A stretch of 64,000 nucleotides of DNA, taken from assembly GCA_053919585.1 (NCBI GenBank), contig CM132828.1. One strand, written 5' to 3'. This DNA is from Euprymna scolopes. Its lineage: Eukaryota. Under the pieces are notes generated by a model that did not search any database, was not told the DNA's origin, and worked only from the letters and a program-made list of their open reading frames with translations. Of the stretch, positions 11,801 through 26,800 are shown piece after piece; positions within the stretch are counted from its first letter, which is position 1; each line of letters starts with the position of its first letter. The position numbers and the translations under genes are program-made.

Positions 11801-14800
11801 TCTTTCACCAAAGATTTGTTTGATACAATCGATGACTTTCCTTGCTAGAGAGTCCCCATAGTTTGTGGATGAAATGTTACTTTGAATAGTAATCAATGAT
11901 AGGGAGGTAATTCATACCGTCAAGTCGAAAATGTCGGTAGCTAAACTGTGGGCAATTGTCATTGATAAGTCTTTCACCAAAGATTTGTTTGATACAATCG
12001 ATGACTTTCCTTACTAGAGTCCCCATAGTTTGTGGATGAAATGTTACTTTGAATAGTAATCAATGATAGGGAGGTAATTCATACCGTCAAGTCGAAAATG
12101 TCGGTAGCTAAACTGTGGGCAATTGTCATTGATAAGTCTTTCACCAAAGATTTGTTTGATACAATCGATGACTTTCCTTACTAGAGAGTCCCCATAGTTT
12201 GTGGATGAAATGTTACTTTGAATAGTAATCAATGATAGGGAGGTAATTCATACCGTCAAGTCGAAAATGTCGGTAGCTAAACTGTGGGCAATTGTCATTG
12301 ATAAGTCTTTCACCAAAGATTTGTTTGATACAATCGATGACTTTCCTTGCTAGAGAGTCCCCATAGTTTGTGGATGAAATGTTACTTTGAATAGTAATCA
12401 ATGATAGGGAGGTAATTCATACCGTCAAGTCGAAAATGTCGGTAGCTAAACTGTGGGCAATTGTCATTGATAAGTCTTTCACCAAAGATTTGTTTGATAC
12501 AATCGATGACTTTCCTTACTAGAGTCCCCATAGTTTGTGGATGAAATGTTACTTTGAATAGTAATCAATGATAGGGAGGTAATTCATACCGTCAAGTCGA
12601 AAATGTCGGTAGCTAAACTGTGGGCAATTGTCATTGATAAGTCTTTCACCAAAGATTTGTTTGATACAATCGATGACTTTCCTTACTAGAGTCCCCATAG
12701 TTTGTGGATGAAATGTTACTTTGAATAGTAATCAATGATAGGGAGGTAATTCATACCGTCAAGTCGAAAATGTCGGTAGCTAAACTGTGGGCAATTGTCA
12801 TTGATAAGTCTTTCACCAAAGATTTGTTTGATACAATCGATGACTTTCCTTACTAGAGTCCCCATAGTTTGTGGATGAAATGTTACTTTGAATAGTAATC
12901 AATGATAGGGAGGTAATTCATACCGTCAAGTCGAAAATGTCGGTAGCTAAACTGTGGGCAATTGTCATTGATAAGTCTTTCACCAAAGATTTGTTTGATA
13001 CAATCGATGACTTTCCTTACTAGAGAGTCCCCATAGTTTGTGGATGAAATGTTACTTTGAATAGTAATCAATGATAGGGAGGTAATTCATACCGTCAAGT
13101 CGAAAATGTCGGTAGCTAAACTGTGGGCAATTGTCATTGATAAGTCTTTCACCAAAGATTTGTTTGATACAATCGATGACTTTCCTTGCTAGAGAGTCCC
13201 CATAGTTTGTGGATGAAATGTTACTTTGAATAGTAATCAATGATAGGGAGGTAATTCATACCGTCAAGTCGAAAATGTCGGTAGCTAAACTGTGGGCAAT
13301 TGTCATTGATAAGTCTTTCACCAAAGATTTGTTTGATACAATCGATGACTTTCCTTACTAGAGAGTCCCCATAGTTTGTGGATGAAATGTTACTTTGAAT
13401 AGTAATCAATGATAGGGATGTAATTCATACCGTCAAGTCGAAAATGTCGGTAGCTAAACTGTGGGCAATTGTCATTGATAAGTCTTTCACCAAAGATTTG
13501 TTTGATACAATCGATGACTTTCCTTACTAGAGAGTCCCCATAGTTTGTGGATGAAATGTTACTTTGAATAGTAATCAATGATAGGGAGGTAATTCATACC
13601 GTCAAGTCGAAAATGTCGGTAGCTAAACTGTGGGCAATTGTCATTGATAAGTCTTTCACCAAAGATTTGTTTGATACAATCGATGACTTTCCTTACTAGA
13701 GAGTCCCCATAGTTTGTGGATGAAATGTTACTTTGAATAGTAATCAATGATAGGGAGGTAATTCATACCGTCAAGTCGAAAATGTCGGTAGCTAAACTGT
13801 GGGCAATTGTCATTGATAAGTCTTTCACCAAAGATTTGTTTGATACAATCGATGACTTTCCTTACTAGAGAGTCCCCATAGTTTGTGGATGAAATGTTAC
13901 TTTGAATAGTAATCAATGATAGGGAGGTAATTCATACCGTCAAGTCGAAAATGTCGGTAGCTAAACTGTGGGCAATTGTCATTGATAAGTCTTTCACCAA
14001 AGATTTGTTTGATACAATCGATGACTTTCCTTACTAGAGAGTCCCCATAGTTTGTGGATGAAATGTTACTTTGAATAGTAATCAATGATAGGGAGGTAAT
14101 TCATACCGTCAAGTCGAAAATGTCGGTAGCTAAACTGTGGGCAATTGTCATTGATAAGTCTTTCACCAAAGATTTGTTTGATACAATCGATGACTTTCCT
14201 TACTAGAGAGTCCCCATAGTTTGTGGATGAAATGTTACTTTGAATAGTAATCAATGATAGGGAGGTAATTCATACCGTCAAGTCGAAAATGTCGGTAGCT
14301 AAACTGTGGGCAATTGTCATTGATAAGTCTTTCACCAAAGATTTGTTTGATACAATCGATGACTTTCCTTACTAGAGAGTCCCCATAGTTTGTGGATGAA
14401 ATGTTACTTTGAATAGTAATCAATGATAGGGAGGTAATTCATACCGTCAAGTCGAAAATGTCGGTAGCTAAACTGTGGGCAATTGTCATTGATAAGTCTT
14501 TCACCAAAGATTTGTTTGATACAATCGATGACTTTCCTTACTAGAGAGTCCCCATAGTTTGTGGATGAAATGTTACTTTGAATAGTAATCAATGATAGGG
14601 AGGTAATTCATACCGTCAAGTCGAAAATGTCGGTAGCTAAACTGTGGGCAATTGTCATTGATAAGTCTTTCACCAAAGATTTGTTTGATACAATCGATGA
14701 CTTTCCTTACTAGAGAGTCCCCATAGTTTGTGGATGAAATGTTACTTTGAATAGTAATCAATGATAGGGAGGTAATTCATACCGTCAAGTCGAAAATGTC

Positions 14801-17800
14801 GGTAGCTAAACTGTGGGCAATTGTCATTGATAAGTCTTTCACCAAAGATTTGTTTGATACAATCGATGACTTTCCTTACTAGAGAGTCCCCATAGTTTGT
14901 GGATGAAATGTTACTTTGAATAGTAATCAATGATAGGGAGGTAATTCATACCGTCAAGTCGAAAATGTCGGTAGCTAAACTGTGGGCAATTGTCATTGAT
15001 AAGTCTTTCACCAAAGATTTGTTTGATACAATCGATGACTTTCCTTGCTAGAGAGTCCCCATAGTTTGTGGATGAAATGTTACTTTGAATAGTAATCAAT
15101 GATAGGGAGGTAATTCATACCGTCAAGTCGAAAATGTCGGTAGCTAAACTGTGGGCAATTGTCATTGATAAGTCTTTCACCAAAGATTTGTTTGATACAA
15201 TCGATGACTTTCCTTACTAGAGAGTCCCCATAGTTTGTGGATGAAATGTTACTTTGAATAGTAATCAATGATAGGGAGGTAATTCATACCGTCAAGTCGA
15301 AAATGTCGGTAGCTAAACTGTGGGCAATTGTCATTGATAAGTCTTTCACCAAAGATTTGTTTGATACAATCGATGACTTTCCTTACTAGAGAGTCCCCAT
15401 AGTTTGTGGATGAAATGTTACTTTGAATAGTAATCAATGATAGGGAGGTAATTCATACCGTCAAGTCGAAAATGTCGGTAGCTAAACTGTGGGCAATTGT
15501 CATTGATAAGTCTTTCACCAAAGATTTGTTTGATACAATCGATGACTTTCCTTACTAGAGAGTCCCCATAGTTTGTGGATGAAATGTTACTTTGAATAGT
15601 AATCAATGATAGGGAGGTAATTCATACCGTCAAGTCGAAAATGTCGGTAGCTAAACTGTGGGCAATTGTCATTGATAAGTCTTTCACCAAAGATTTGTTT
15701 GATACAATCGATGACTTTCCTTACTAGAGAGTCCCCATAGTTTGTGGATGAAATGTTACTTTGAATAGTAATCAATGATAGGGAGGTAATTCATACCGTC
15801 AAGTCGAAAATGTCGGTAGCTAAACTGTGGGCAATTGTCATTGATAAGTCTTTCACCAAAGATTTGTTTGATACAATCGATGACTTTCCTTACTAGAGAG
15901 TCCCCATAGTTTGTGGATGAAATGTTACTTTGAATAGTAATCAATGATAGGGAGGTAATTCATACCGTCAAGTCGAAAATGTCGGTAGCTAAACTGTGGG
16001 CAATTGTCATTGATAAGTCTTTCACCAAAGATTTGTTTGATACAATCGATGACTTTCCTTGCTAGAGAGTCCCCATAGTTTGTGGATGAAATGTTACTTT
16101 GAATAGTAATCAATGATAGGGAGGTAATTCATACCGTCAAGTCGAAAATGTCGGTAGCTAAACTGTGGGCAATTGTCATTGATAAGTCTTTCACCAAAGA
16201 TTTGTTTGATACAATCGATGACTTTCCTTACTAGAGAGTCCCCATAGTTTGTGGATGAAATGTTACTTTGAATAGTAATCAATGATAGGGAGGTAATTCA
16301 TACCGTCAAGTCGAAAATGTCGGTAGCTAAACTGTGGGCAATTGTCATTGATAAGTCTTTCACCAAAGATTTGTTTGATACAATCGATGACTTTCCTTAC
16401 TAGAGAGTCCCCATAGTTTGTGGATGAAATGTTACTTTGAATAGTAATCAATGATAGGGAGGTAATTCATACCGTCAAGTCGAAAATGTCGGTAGCTAAA
16501 CTGTGGGCAATTGTCATTGATAAGTCTTTCACCAAAGATTTGTTTGATACAATCGATGACTTTCCTTACTAGAGAGTCCCCATAGTTTGTGGATGAAATG
16601 TTACTTTGAATAGTAATCAATGATAGGGAGGTAATTCATACCGTCAAGTCGAAAATGTCGGTAGCTAAACTGTGGGCAATTGTCATTGATAAGTCTTTCA
16701 CCAAAGATTTGTTTGATACAATCGATGACTTTCCTTACTAGAGAGTCCCCATAGTTTGTGGATGAAATGTTACTTTGAATAGTAATCAATGATAGGGAGG
16801 TAATTCATACCGTCAAGTCGAAAATGTCGGTAGCTAAACTGTGGGCAATTGTCATTGATAAGTCTTTCACCAAAGATTTGTTTGATACAATCGATGACTT
16901 TCCTTACTAGAGAGTCCCCATAGTTTGTGGATGAAATGTTACTTTGAATAGTAATCAATGATAGGGAGGTAATTCATACCGTCAAGTCGAAAATGTCGGT
17001 AGCTAAACTGTGGGCAATTGTCATTGATAAGTCTTTCACCAAAGATTTGTTTGATACAATCGATGACTTTCCTTACTAGAGTCCCCATAGTTTGTGGATG
17101 AAATGTTACTTTGAATAGTAATCAATGATAGGGAGGTAATTCATACCGTCAAGTCGAAAATGTCGGTAGCTAAACTGTGGGCAATTGTCATTGATAAGTC
17201 TTTCACCAAAGATTTGTTTGATACAATCGATGACTTTCCTTACTAGAGAGTCCCCATAGTTTGTGGATGAAATGTTACTTTGAATAGTAATCAATGATAG
17301 GGAGGTAATTCATACCGTCAAGTCGAAAATGTCGGTAGCTAAACTGTGGGCAATTGTCATTGATAAGTCTTTCACCAAAGATTTGGTGGTACAATCGATG
17401 ACTTTCCTTACTAGAGTCCCCATAGTTTGTGGATGAAATGTTACTTTGAATAGTAATCAATGATAGGGAGGTAATTCATACCGTCAAGTCGAAAATGTCG
17501 GTAGCTAAACTGTGGGCAATTGTCATTGATAAGTCTTTCACCAAAGATTTGTTTGATACAATCGATGACTTTCCTTACTAGAGAGTCCCCATAGTTTGTG
17601 GATGAAATGTTACTTTGAATAGTAATCAATGATAGGGAGGTAATTCATACCGTCAAGTCGAAAATGTCGGTAGCTAAACTGTGGGCAATTGTCATTGATA
17701 AGTCTTTCACCAAAGATTTGTTTGATACAATCGATGACTTTCCTTACTAGAGAGTCCCCATAGTTTGTGGATGAAATGTTACTTTGAATAGTAATCAATG

Positions 17801-20800
17801 ATAGGGAGGTAATTCATACCGTCAAGTCGAAAATGTCGGTAGCTAAACTGTGGGCAATTGTCATTGATAAGTCTTTCACCAAAGATTTGTTTGATACAAT
17901 CGATGACTTTCCTTACTAGAGTCCCCATAGTTTGTGGATGAAATGTTACTTTGAATAGTAATCAATGATAGGGAGGTAATTCATACCGTCAAGTCGAAAA
18001 TGTCGGTAGCTAAACTGTGGGCAATTGTCATTGATAAGTCTTTCACCAAAGATTTGTTTGATACAATCGATGACTTTCCTTACTAGAGTCCCCATAGTTT
18101 GTGGATGAAATGTTACTTTGAATAGTAATCAATGATAGGGAGGTAATTCATACCGTCAAGTCGAAAATGTCGGTAGCTAAACTGTGGGCAATTGTCATTG
18201 ATAAGTCTTTCACCAAAGATTTGTTTGATACAATCGATGACTTTCCTTACTAGAGAGTCCCCATAGTTTGTGGATGAAATGTTACTTTGAATAGTAATCA
18301 ATGATAGGGAGGTAATTCATACCGTCAAGTCGAAAATGTCGGTAGCTAAACTGTGGGCAATTGTCATTGATAAGTCTTTCACCAAAGATTTGTTTGATAC
18401 AATCGATGACTTTCCTTACTAGAGTCCCCATAGTTTGTGGATGAAATGTTACTTTGAATAGTAATCAATGATAGGGAGGTAATTCATACCGTCAAGTCGA
18501 AAATGTCGGTAGCTAAACTGTGGGCAATTGTCATTGATAAGTCTTTCACCAAAGATTTGTTTGATACAATCGATGACTTTCCTTACTAGAGAGTCCCCAT
18601 AGTTTGTGGATGAAATGTTACTTTGAATAGTAATCAATGATAGGGAGGTAATTCATACCGTCAAGTCGAAAATGTCGGTAGCTAAACTGTGGGCAATTGT
18701 CATTGATAAGTCTTTCACCAAAGATTTGTTTGATACAATCGATGACTTTCCTTACTAGAGAGTCCCCATAGTTTGTGGATGAAATGTTACTTTGAATAGT
18801 AATCAATGATAGGGAGGTAATTCATACCGTCAAGTCGAAAATGTCGGTAGCTAAACTGTGGGCAATTGTCATTGATAAGTCTTTCACCAAAGATTTGTTT
18901 GATACAATCGATGACTTTCCTTACTAGAGAGTCCCCATAGTTTGTGGATGAAATGTTACTTTGAATAGTAATCAATGATAGGGAGGTAATTCATACCGTC
19001 AAGTCGAAAATGTCGGTAGCTAAACTGTGGGCAATTGTCATTGATAAGTCTTTCACCAAAGATTTGTTTGATACAATCGATGACTTTCCTTGCTAGAGAG
19101 TCCCCATAGTTTGTGGATGAAATGTTACTTTGAATAGTAATCAATGATAGGGAGGTAATTCATACCGTCAAGTCGAAAATGTCGGTAGCTAAACTGTGGG
19201 CAATTGTCATTGATAAGTCTTTCACCAAAGATTTGTTTGATACAATCGATGACTTTCCTTACTAGAGAGTCCCCATAGTTTGTGGATGAAATGTTACTTT
19301 GAATAGTAATCAATGATAGGGAGGTAATTCATACCGTCAAGTCGAAAATGTCGGTAGCTAAACTGTGGGCAATTGTCATTGATAAGTCTTTCACCAAAGA
19401 TTTGTTTGATACAATCGATGACTTTCCTTACTAGAGAGTCCCCATAGTTTGTGGATGAAATGTTACTTTGAATAGTAATCAATGATAGGGAGGTAATTCA
19501 TACCGTCAAGTCGAAAATGTCGGTAGCTAAACTGTGGGCAATTGTCATTGATAAGTCTTTCACCAAAGATTTGTTTGATACAATCGATGACTTTCCTTAC
19601 TAGAGTCCCCATAGTTTGTGGATGAAATGTTACTTTGAATAGTAATCAATGATAGGGAGGTAATTCATACCGTCAAGTCGAAAATGTCGGTAGCTAAACT
19701 GTGGGCAATTGTCATTGATAAGTCTTTCACCAAAGATTTGTTTGATACAATCGATGACTTTCCTTACTAGAGAGTCCCCATAGTTTGTGGATGAAATGTT
19801 ACTTTGAATAGTAATCAATGATAGGGAGGTAATTCATACCGTCAAGTCGAAAATGTCGGTAGCTAAACTGTGGGCAATTGTCATTGATAAGTCTTTCACC
19901 AAAGATTTGTTTGATACAATCGATGACTTTCCTTACTAGAGAGTCCCCATAGTTTGTGGATGAAATGTTACTTTGAATAGTAATCAATGATAGGGAGGTA
20001 ATTCATACCGTCAAGTCGAAAATGTCGGTAGCTAAACTGTGGGCAATTGTCATTGATAAGTCTTTCACCAAAGATTTGTTTGATACAATCGATGACTTTC
20101 CTTACTAGAGAGTCCCCATAGTTTGTGGATGAAATGTGACTTTGAATAGTAATCAATGATAGGGAGGTAATTCATACCGTCAAGTCGAAAATGTCGGTAG
20201 CTAAACTGTGGGCAATTGTCATTGATAAGTCTTTCACCAAAGATTTGTTTGATACAATCGATGACTTTCCTTACTAGAGAGTCCCCATAGTTTGTGGATG
20301 AAATGTTACTTTGAATAGTAATCAATGATAGGGAGGTAATTCATACCGTCAAGTCGAAAATGTCGGTAGCTAAACTGTGGGCAATTGTCATTGATAAGTC
20401 TTTCACCAAAGATTTGTTTGATACAATCGATGACTTTCCTTACTAGAGAGTCCCCATAGTTTGTGGATGAAATGTTACTTTGAATAGTAATCAATGATAG
20501 GGAGGTAATTCATACCGTCAAGTCGAAAATGTCGGTAGCTAAACTGTGGGCAATTGTCATTGATAAGTCTTTCACCAAAGATTTGTTTGATACAATCGAT
20601 GACTTTCCTTACTAGAGAGTCCCCATAGTTTGTGGATGAAATGTTACTTTGAATAGTAATCAATGATAGGGAGGTAATTCATACCGTCAAGTCGAAAATG
20701 TCGGTAGCTAAACTGTGGGCAATTGTCATTGATAAGTCTTTCACCAAAGATTTGTTTGATACAATCGATGACTTTCCTTACTAGAGAGTCCCCATAGTTT

Positions 20801-23800
20801 GTGGATGAAATGTTACTTTGAATAGTAATCAATGATAGGGAGGTAATTCATACCGTCAAGTCGAAAATGTCGGTAGCTAAACTGTGGGCAATTGTCATTG
20901 ATAAGTCTTTCACCAAAGATTTGTTTGATACAATCGATGACTTTCCTTACTAGAGAGTCCCCATAGTTTGTGGATGAAATGTTACTTTGAATAGTAATCA
21001 ATGATAGGGAGGTAATTCATACCGTCAAGTCGAAAATGTCGGTAGCTAAACTGTGGGCAATTGTCATTGATAAGTCTTTCACCAAAGATTTGTTTGATAC
21101 AATCGATGACTTTCCTTACTAGAGAGTCCCCATAGTTTGTGGATGAAATGTTACTTTGAATAGTAATCAATGATAGGGAGGTAATTCATACCGTCAAGTC
21201 GAAAATGTCGGTAGCTAAACTGTGGGCAATTGTCATTGATAAGTCTTTCACCAAAGATTTGTTTGATACAATCGATGACTTTCCTTACTAGAGTCCCCAT
21301 AGTTTGTGGATGAAATGTTACTTTGAATAGTAATCAATGATAGGGAGGTAATTCATACCGTCAAGTCGAAAATGTCGGTAGCTAAACTGTGGGCAATTGT
21401 CATTGATAAGTCTTTCACCAAAGATTTGTTTGATACAATCGATGACTTTCCTTACTAGAGTCCCCATAGTTTGTGGATGAAATGTTACTTTGAATAGTAA
21501 TCAATGATAGGGAGGTAATTCATACCGTCAAGTCGAAAATGTCGGTAGCTAAACTGTGGGCAATTGTCATTGATAAGTCTTTCACCAAAGATTTGTTTGA
21601 TACAATCGATGACTTTCCTTACTAGAGAGTCCCCATAGTTTGTGGATGAAATGTTACTTTGAATAGTAATCAATGATAGGGAGGTAATTCATACCGTCAA
21701 GTCGAAAATGTCGGTAGCTAAACTGTGGGCAATTGTCATTGATAAGTCTTTCACCAAAGATTTGTTTGATACAATCGATGACTTTCCTTACTAGAGAGTC
21801 CCCATAGTTTGTGGATGAAATGTTACTTTGAATAGTAATCAATGATAGGGAGGTAATTCATACCGTCAAGTCGAAAATGTCGGTAGCTAAACTGTGGGCA
21901 ATTGTCATTGATAAGTCTTTCACCAAAGATTTGTTTGATACAATCGATGACTTTCCTTACTAGAGTCCCCATAGTTTGTGGATGAAATGTTACTTTGAAT
22001 AGTAATCAATGATAGGGAGGTAATTCATACCGTCAAGTCGAAAATGTCGGTAGCTAAACTGTGGGCAATTGTCATTGATAAGTCTTTCACCAAAGATTTG
22101 TTTGATACAATCGATGACTTTCCTTGCTAGAGAGTCCCCATAGTTTGTGGATGAAATGTTACTTTGAATAGTAATCAATGATAGGGAGGTAATTCATACC
22201 GTCAAGTCGAAAATGTCGGTAGCTAAACTGTGGGCAATTGTCATTGATAAGTCTTTCACCAAAGATTTGTTTGATACAATCGATGACTTTCCTTACTAGA
22301 GAGTCCCCATAGTTTGTGGATGAAATGTTACTTTGAATAGTAATCAATGATAGGGAGGTAATTCATACCGTCAAGTCGAAAATGTCGGTAGCTAAACTGT
22401 GGGCAATTGTCATTGATAAGTCTTTCACCAAAGATTTGTTTGATACAATCGATGACTTTCCTTACTAGAGAGTCCCCATAGTTTGTGGATGAAATGTTAC
22501 TTTGAATAGTAATCAATGATAGGGAGGTAATTCATACCGTCAAGTCGAAAATGTCGGTAGCTAAACTGTGGGCAATTGTCATTGATAAGTCTTTCACCAA
22601 AGATTTGTTTGATACAATCGATGACTTTCCTTACTAGAGAGTCCCCATAGTTTGTGGATGAAATGTTACTTTGAATAGTAATCAATGATAGGGAGGTAAT
22701 TCATACCGTCAAGTCGAAAATGTCGGTAGCTAAACTGTGGGCAATTGTCATTGATAAGTCTTTCACCAAAGATTTGTTTGATACAATCGATGACTTTCCT
22801 TACTAGAGAGTCCCCATAGTTTGTGGATGAAATGTTACTTTGAATAGTAATCAATGATAGGGAGGTAATTCATACCGTCAAGTCGAAAATGTCGGTAGCT
22901 AAACTGTGGGCAATTGTCATTGATAAGTCTTTCACCAAAGATTTGTTTGATACAATCGATGACTTTCCTTACTAGAGAGTCCCCATAGTTTGTGGATGAA
23001 ATGTTACTTTGAATAGTAATCAATGATAGGGAGGTAATTCATACCGTCAAGTCGAAAATGTCGGTAGCTAAACTGTGGGCAATTGTCATTGATAAGTCTT
23101 TCACCAAAGATTTGTTTGATACAATCGATGACTTTCCTTACTAGAGAGTCCCCATAGTTTGTGGATGAAATGTTACTTTGAATAGTAATCAATGATAGGG
23201 AGGTAATTCATACCGTCAAGTCGAAAATGTCGGTAGCTAAACTGTGGGCAATTGTCATTGATAAGTCTTTCACCAAAGATTTGTTTGATACAATCGATGA
23301 CTTTCCTTACTAGAGAGTCCCCATAGTTTGTGGATGAAATGTTACTTTGAATAGTAATCAATGATAGGGAGGTAATTCATACCGTCAAGTCGAAAATGTC
23401 GGTAGCTAAACTGTGGGCAATTGTCATTGATAAGTCTTTCACCAAAGATTTGTTTGATACAATCGATGACTTTCCTTACTAGAGAGTCCCCATAGTTTGT
23501 GGATGAAATGTTACTTTGAATAGTAATCAATGATAGGGAGGTAATTCATACCGTCAAGTCGAAAATGTCGGTAGCTAAACTGTGGGCAATTGTCATTGAT
23601 AAGTCTTTCACCAAAGATTTGTTTGATACAATCGATGACTTTCCTTACTAGAGAGTCCCCATAGTTTGTGGATGAAATGTTACTTTGAATAGTAATCAAT
23701 GATAGGGAGGTAATTCATACCGTCAAGTCGAAAATGTCGGTAGCTAAACTGTGGGCAATTGTCATTGATAAGTCTTTCACCAAAGATTTGTTTGATACAA

Positions 23801-26800
23801 TCGATGACTTTCCTTACTAGAGAGTCCCCATAGTTTGTGGATGAAATGTTACTTTGAATAGTAATCAATGATAGGGAGGTAATTCATACCGTCAAGTCGA
23901 AAATGTCGGTAGCTAAACTGTGGGCAATTGTCATTGATAAGTCTTTCACCAAAGATTTGTTTGATACAATCGATGACTTTCCTTACTAGAGAGTCCCCAT
24001 AGTTTGTGGATGAAATGTTACTTTGAATAGTAATCAATGATAGGGAGGTAATTCATACCGTCAAGTCGAAAATGTCGGTAGCTAAACTGTGGGCAATTGT
24101 CATTGATAAGTCTTTCACCAAAGATTTGTTTGATACAATCGATGACTTTCCTTACTAGAGAGTCCCCATAGTTTGTGGATGAAATGTTACTTTGAATAGT
24201 AATCAATGATAGGGAGGTAATTCATACCGTCAAGTCGAAAATGTCGGTAGCTAAACTGTGGGCAATTGTCATTGATAAGTCTTTCACCAAAGATTTGTTT
24301 GATACAATCGATGACTTTCCTTACTAGAGAGTCCCCATAGTTTGTGGATGAAATGTTACTTTGAATAGTAATCAATGATAGGGAGGTAATTCATACCGTC
24401 AAGTCGAAAATGTCGGTAGCTAAACTGTGGGCAATTGTCATTGATAAGTCTTTCACCAAAGATTTGTTTGATACAATCGATGACTTTCCTTACTAGAGAG
24501 TCCCCATAGTTTGTGGATGAAATGTTACTTTGAATAGTAATCAATGATAGGGAGGTAATTCATACCGTCAAGTCGAAAATGTCGGTAGCTAAACTGTGGG
24601 CAATTGTCATTGATAAGTCTTTCACCAAAGATTTGTTTGATACAATCGATGACTTTCCTTACTAGAGAGTCCCCATAGTTTGTGGATGAAATGTTACTTT
24701 GAATAGTAATCAATGATAGGGAGGTAATTCATACCGTCAAGTCGAAAATGTCGGTAGCTAAACTGTGGGCAATTGTCATTGATAAGTCTTTCACCAAAGA
24801 TTTGTTTGATACAATCGATGACTTTCCTTACTAGAGAGTCCCCATAGTTTGTGGATGAAATGTTACTTTGAATAGTAATCAATGATAGGGAGGTAATTCA
24901 TACCGTCAAGTCGAAAATGTCGGTAGCTAAACTGTGGGCAATTGTCATTGATAAGTCTTTCACCAAAGATTTGTTTGATACAATCGATGACTTTCCTTAC
25001 TAGAGAGTCCCCATAGTTTGTGGATGAAATGTTACTTTGAATAGTAATCAATGATAGGGAGGTAATTCATACCGTCAAGTCGAAAATGTCGGTAGCTAAA
25101 CTGTGGGCAATTGTCATTGATAAGTCTTTCACCAAAGATTTGTTTGATACAATCGATGACTTTCCTTACTAGAGAGTCCCCATAGTTTGTGGATGAAATG
25201 TTACTTTGAATAGTAATCAATGATAGGGAGGTAATTCATACCGTCAAGTCGAAAATGTCGGTAGCTAAACTGTGGGCAATTGTCATTGATAAGTCTTTCA
25301 CCAAAGATTTGTTTGATACAATCGATGACTTTCCTTACTAGAGAGTCCCCATAGTTTGTGGATGAAATGTTACTTTGAATAGTAATCAATGATAGGGAGG
25401 TAATTCATACCGTCAAGTCGAAAATGTCGGTAGCTAAACTGTGGGCAATTGTCATTGATAAGTCTTTCACCAAAGATTTGTTTGATACAATCGATGACTT
25501 TCCTTACTAGAGTCCCCATAGTTTGTGGATGAAATGTTACTTTGAATAGTAATCAATGATAGGGAGGTAATTCATACCGTCAAGTCGAAAATGTCGGTAG
25601 CTAAACTGTGGGCAATTGTCATTGATAAGTCTTTCACCAAAGATTTGTTTGATACAATCGATGACTTTCCTTACTAGAGTCCCCATAGTTTGTGGATGAA
25701 ATGTTACTTTGAATAGTAATCAATGATAGGGAGGTAATTCATACCGTCAAGTCGAAAATGTCGGTAGCTAAACTGTGGGCAATTGTCATTGATAAGTCTT
25801 TCACCAAAGATTTGTTTGATACAATCGATGACTTTCCTTACTAGAGAGTCCCCATAGTTTGTGGATGAAATGTTACTTTGAATAGTAATCAATGATAGGG
25901 AGGTAATTCATACCGTCAAGTCGAAAATGTCGGTAGCTAAACTGTGGGCAATTGTCATTGATAAGTCTTTCACCAAAGATTTGTTTGATACAATCGATGA
26001 CTTTCCTTACTAGAGAGTCCCCATAGTTTGTGGATGAAATGTTACTTTGAATAGTAATCAATGATAGGGAGGTAATTCATACCGTCAAGTCGAAAATGTC
26101 GGTAGCTAAACTGTGGGCAATTGTCATTGATAAGTCTTTCACCAAAGATTTGTTTGATACAATCGATGACTTTCCTTACTAGAGAGTCCCCATAGTTTGT
26201 GGATGAAATGTTACTTTGAATAGTAATCAATGATAGGGAGGTAATTCATACCGTCAAGTCGAAAATGTCGGTAGCTAAACTGTGGGCAATTGTCATTGAT
26301 AAGTCTTTCACCAAAGATTTGTTTGATACAATCGATGACTTTCCTTACTAGAGAGTCCCCATAGTTTGTGGATGAAATGTTACTTTGAATAGTAATCAAT
26401 GATAGGGAGGTAATTCATACCGTCAAGTCGAAAATGTCGGTAGCTAAACTGTGGGCAATTGTCATTGATAAGTCTTTCACCAAAGATTTGTTTGATACAA
26501 TCGATGACTTTCCTTACTAGAGAGTCCCCATAGTTTGTGGATGAAATGTTACTTTGAATAGTAATCAATGATAGGGAGGTAATTCATACCGTCAAGTCGA
26601 AAATGTCGGTAGCTAAACTGTGGGCAATTGTCATTGATAAGTCTTTCACCAAAGATTTGTTTGATACAATCGATGACTTTCCTTACTAGAGAGTCCCCAT
26701 AGTTTGTGGATGAAATGTTACTTTGAATAGTAATCAATGATAGGGAGGTAATTCATACCGTCAAGTCGAAAATGTCGGTAGCTAAACTGTGGGCAATTGT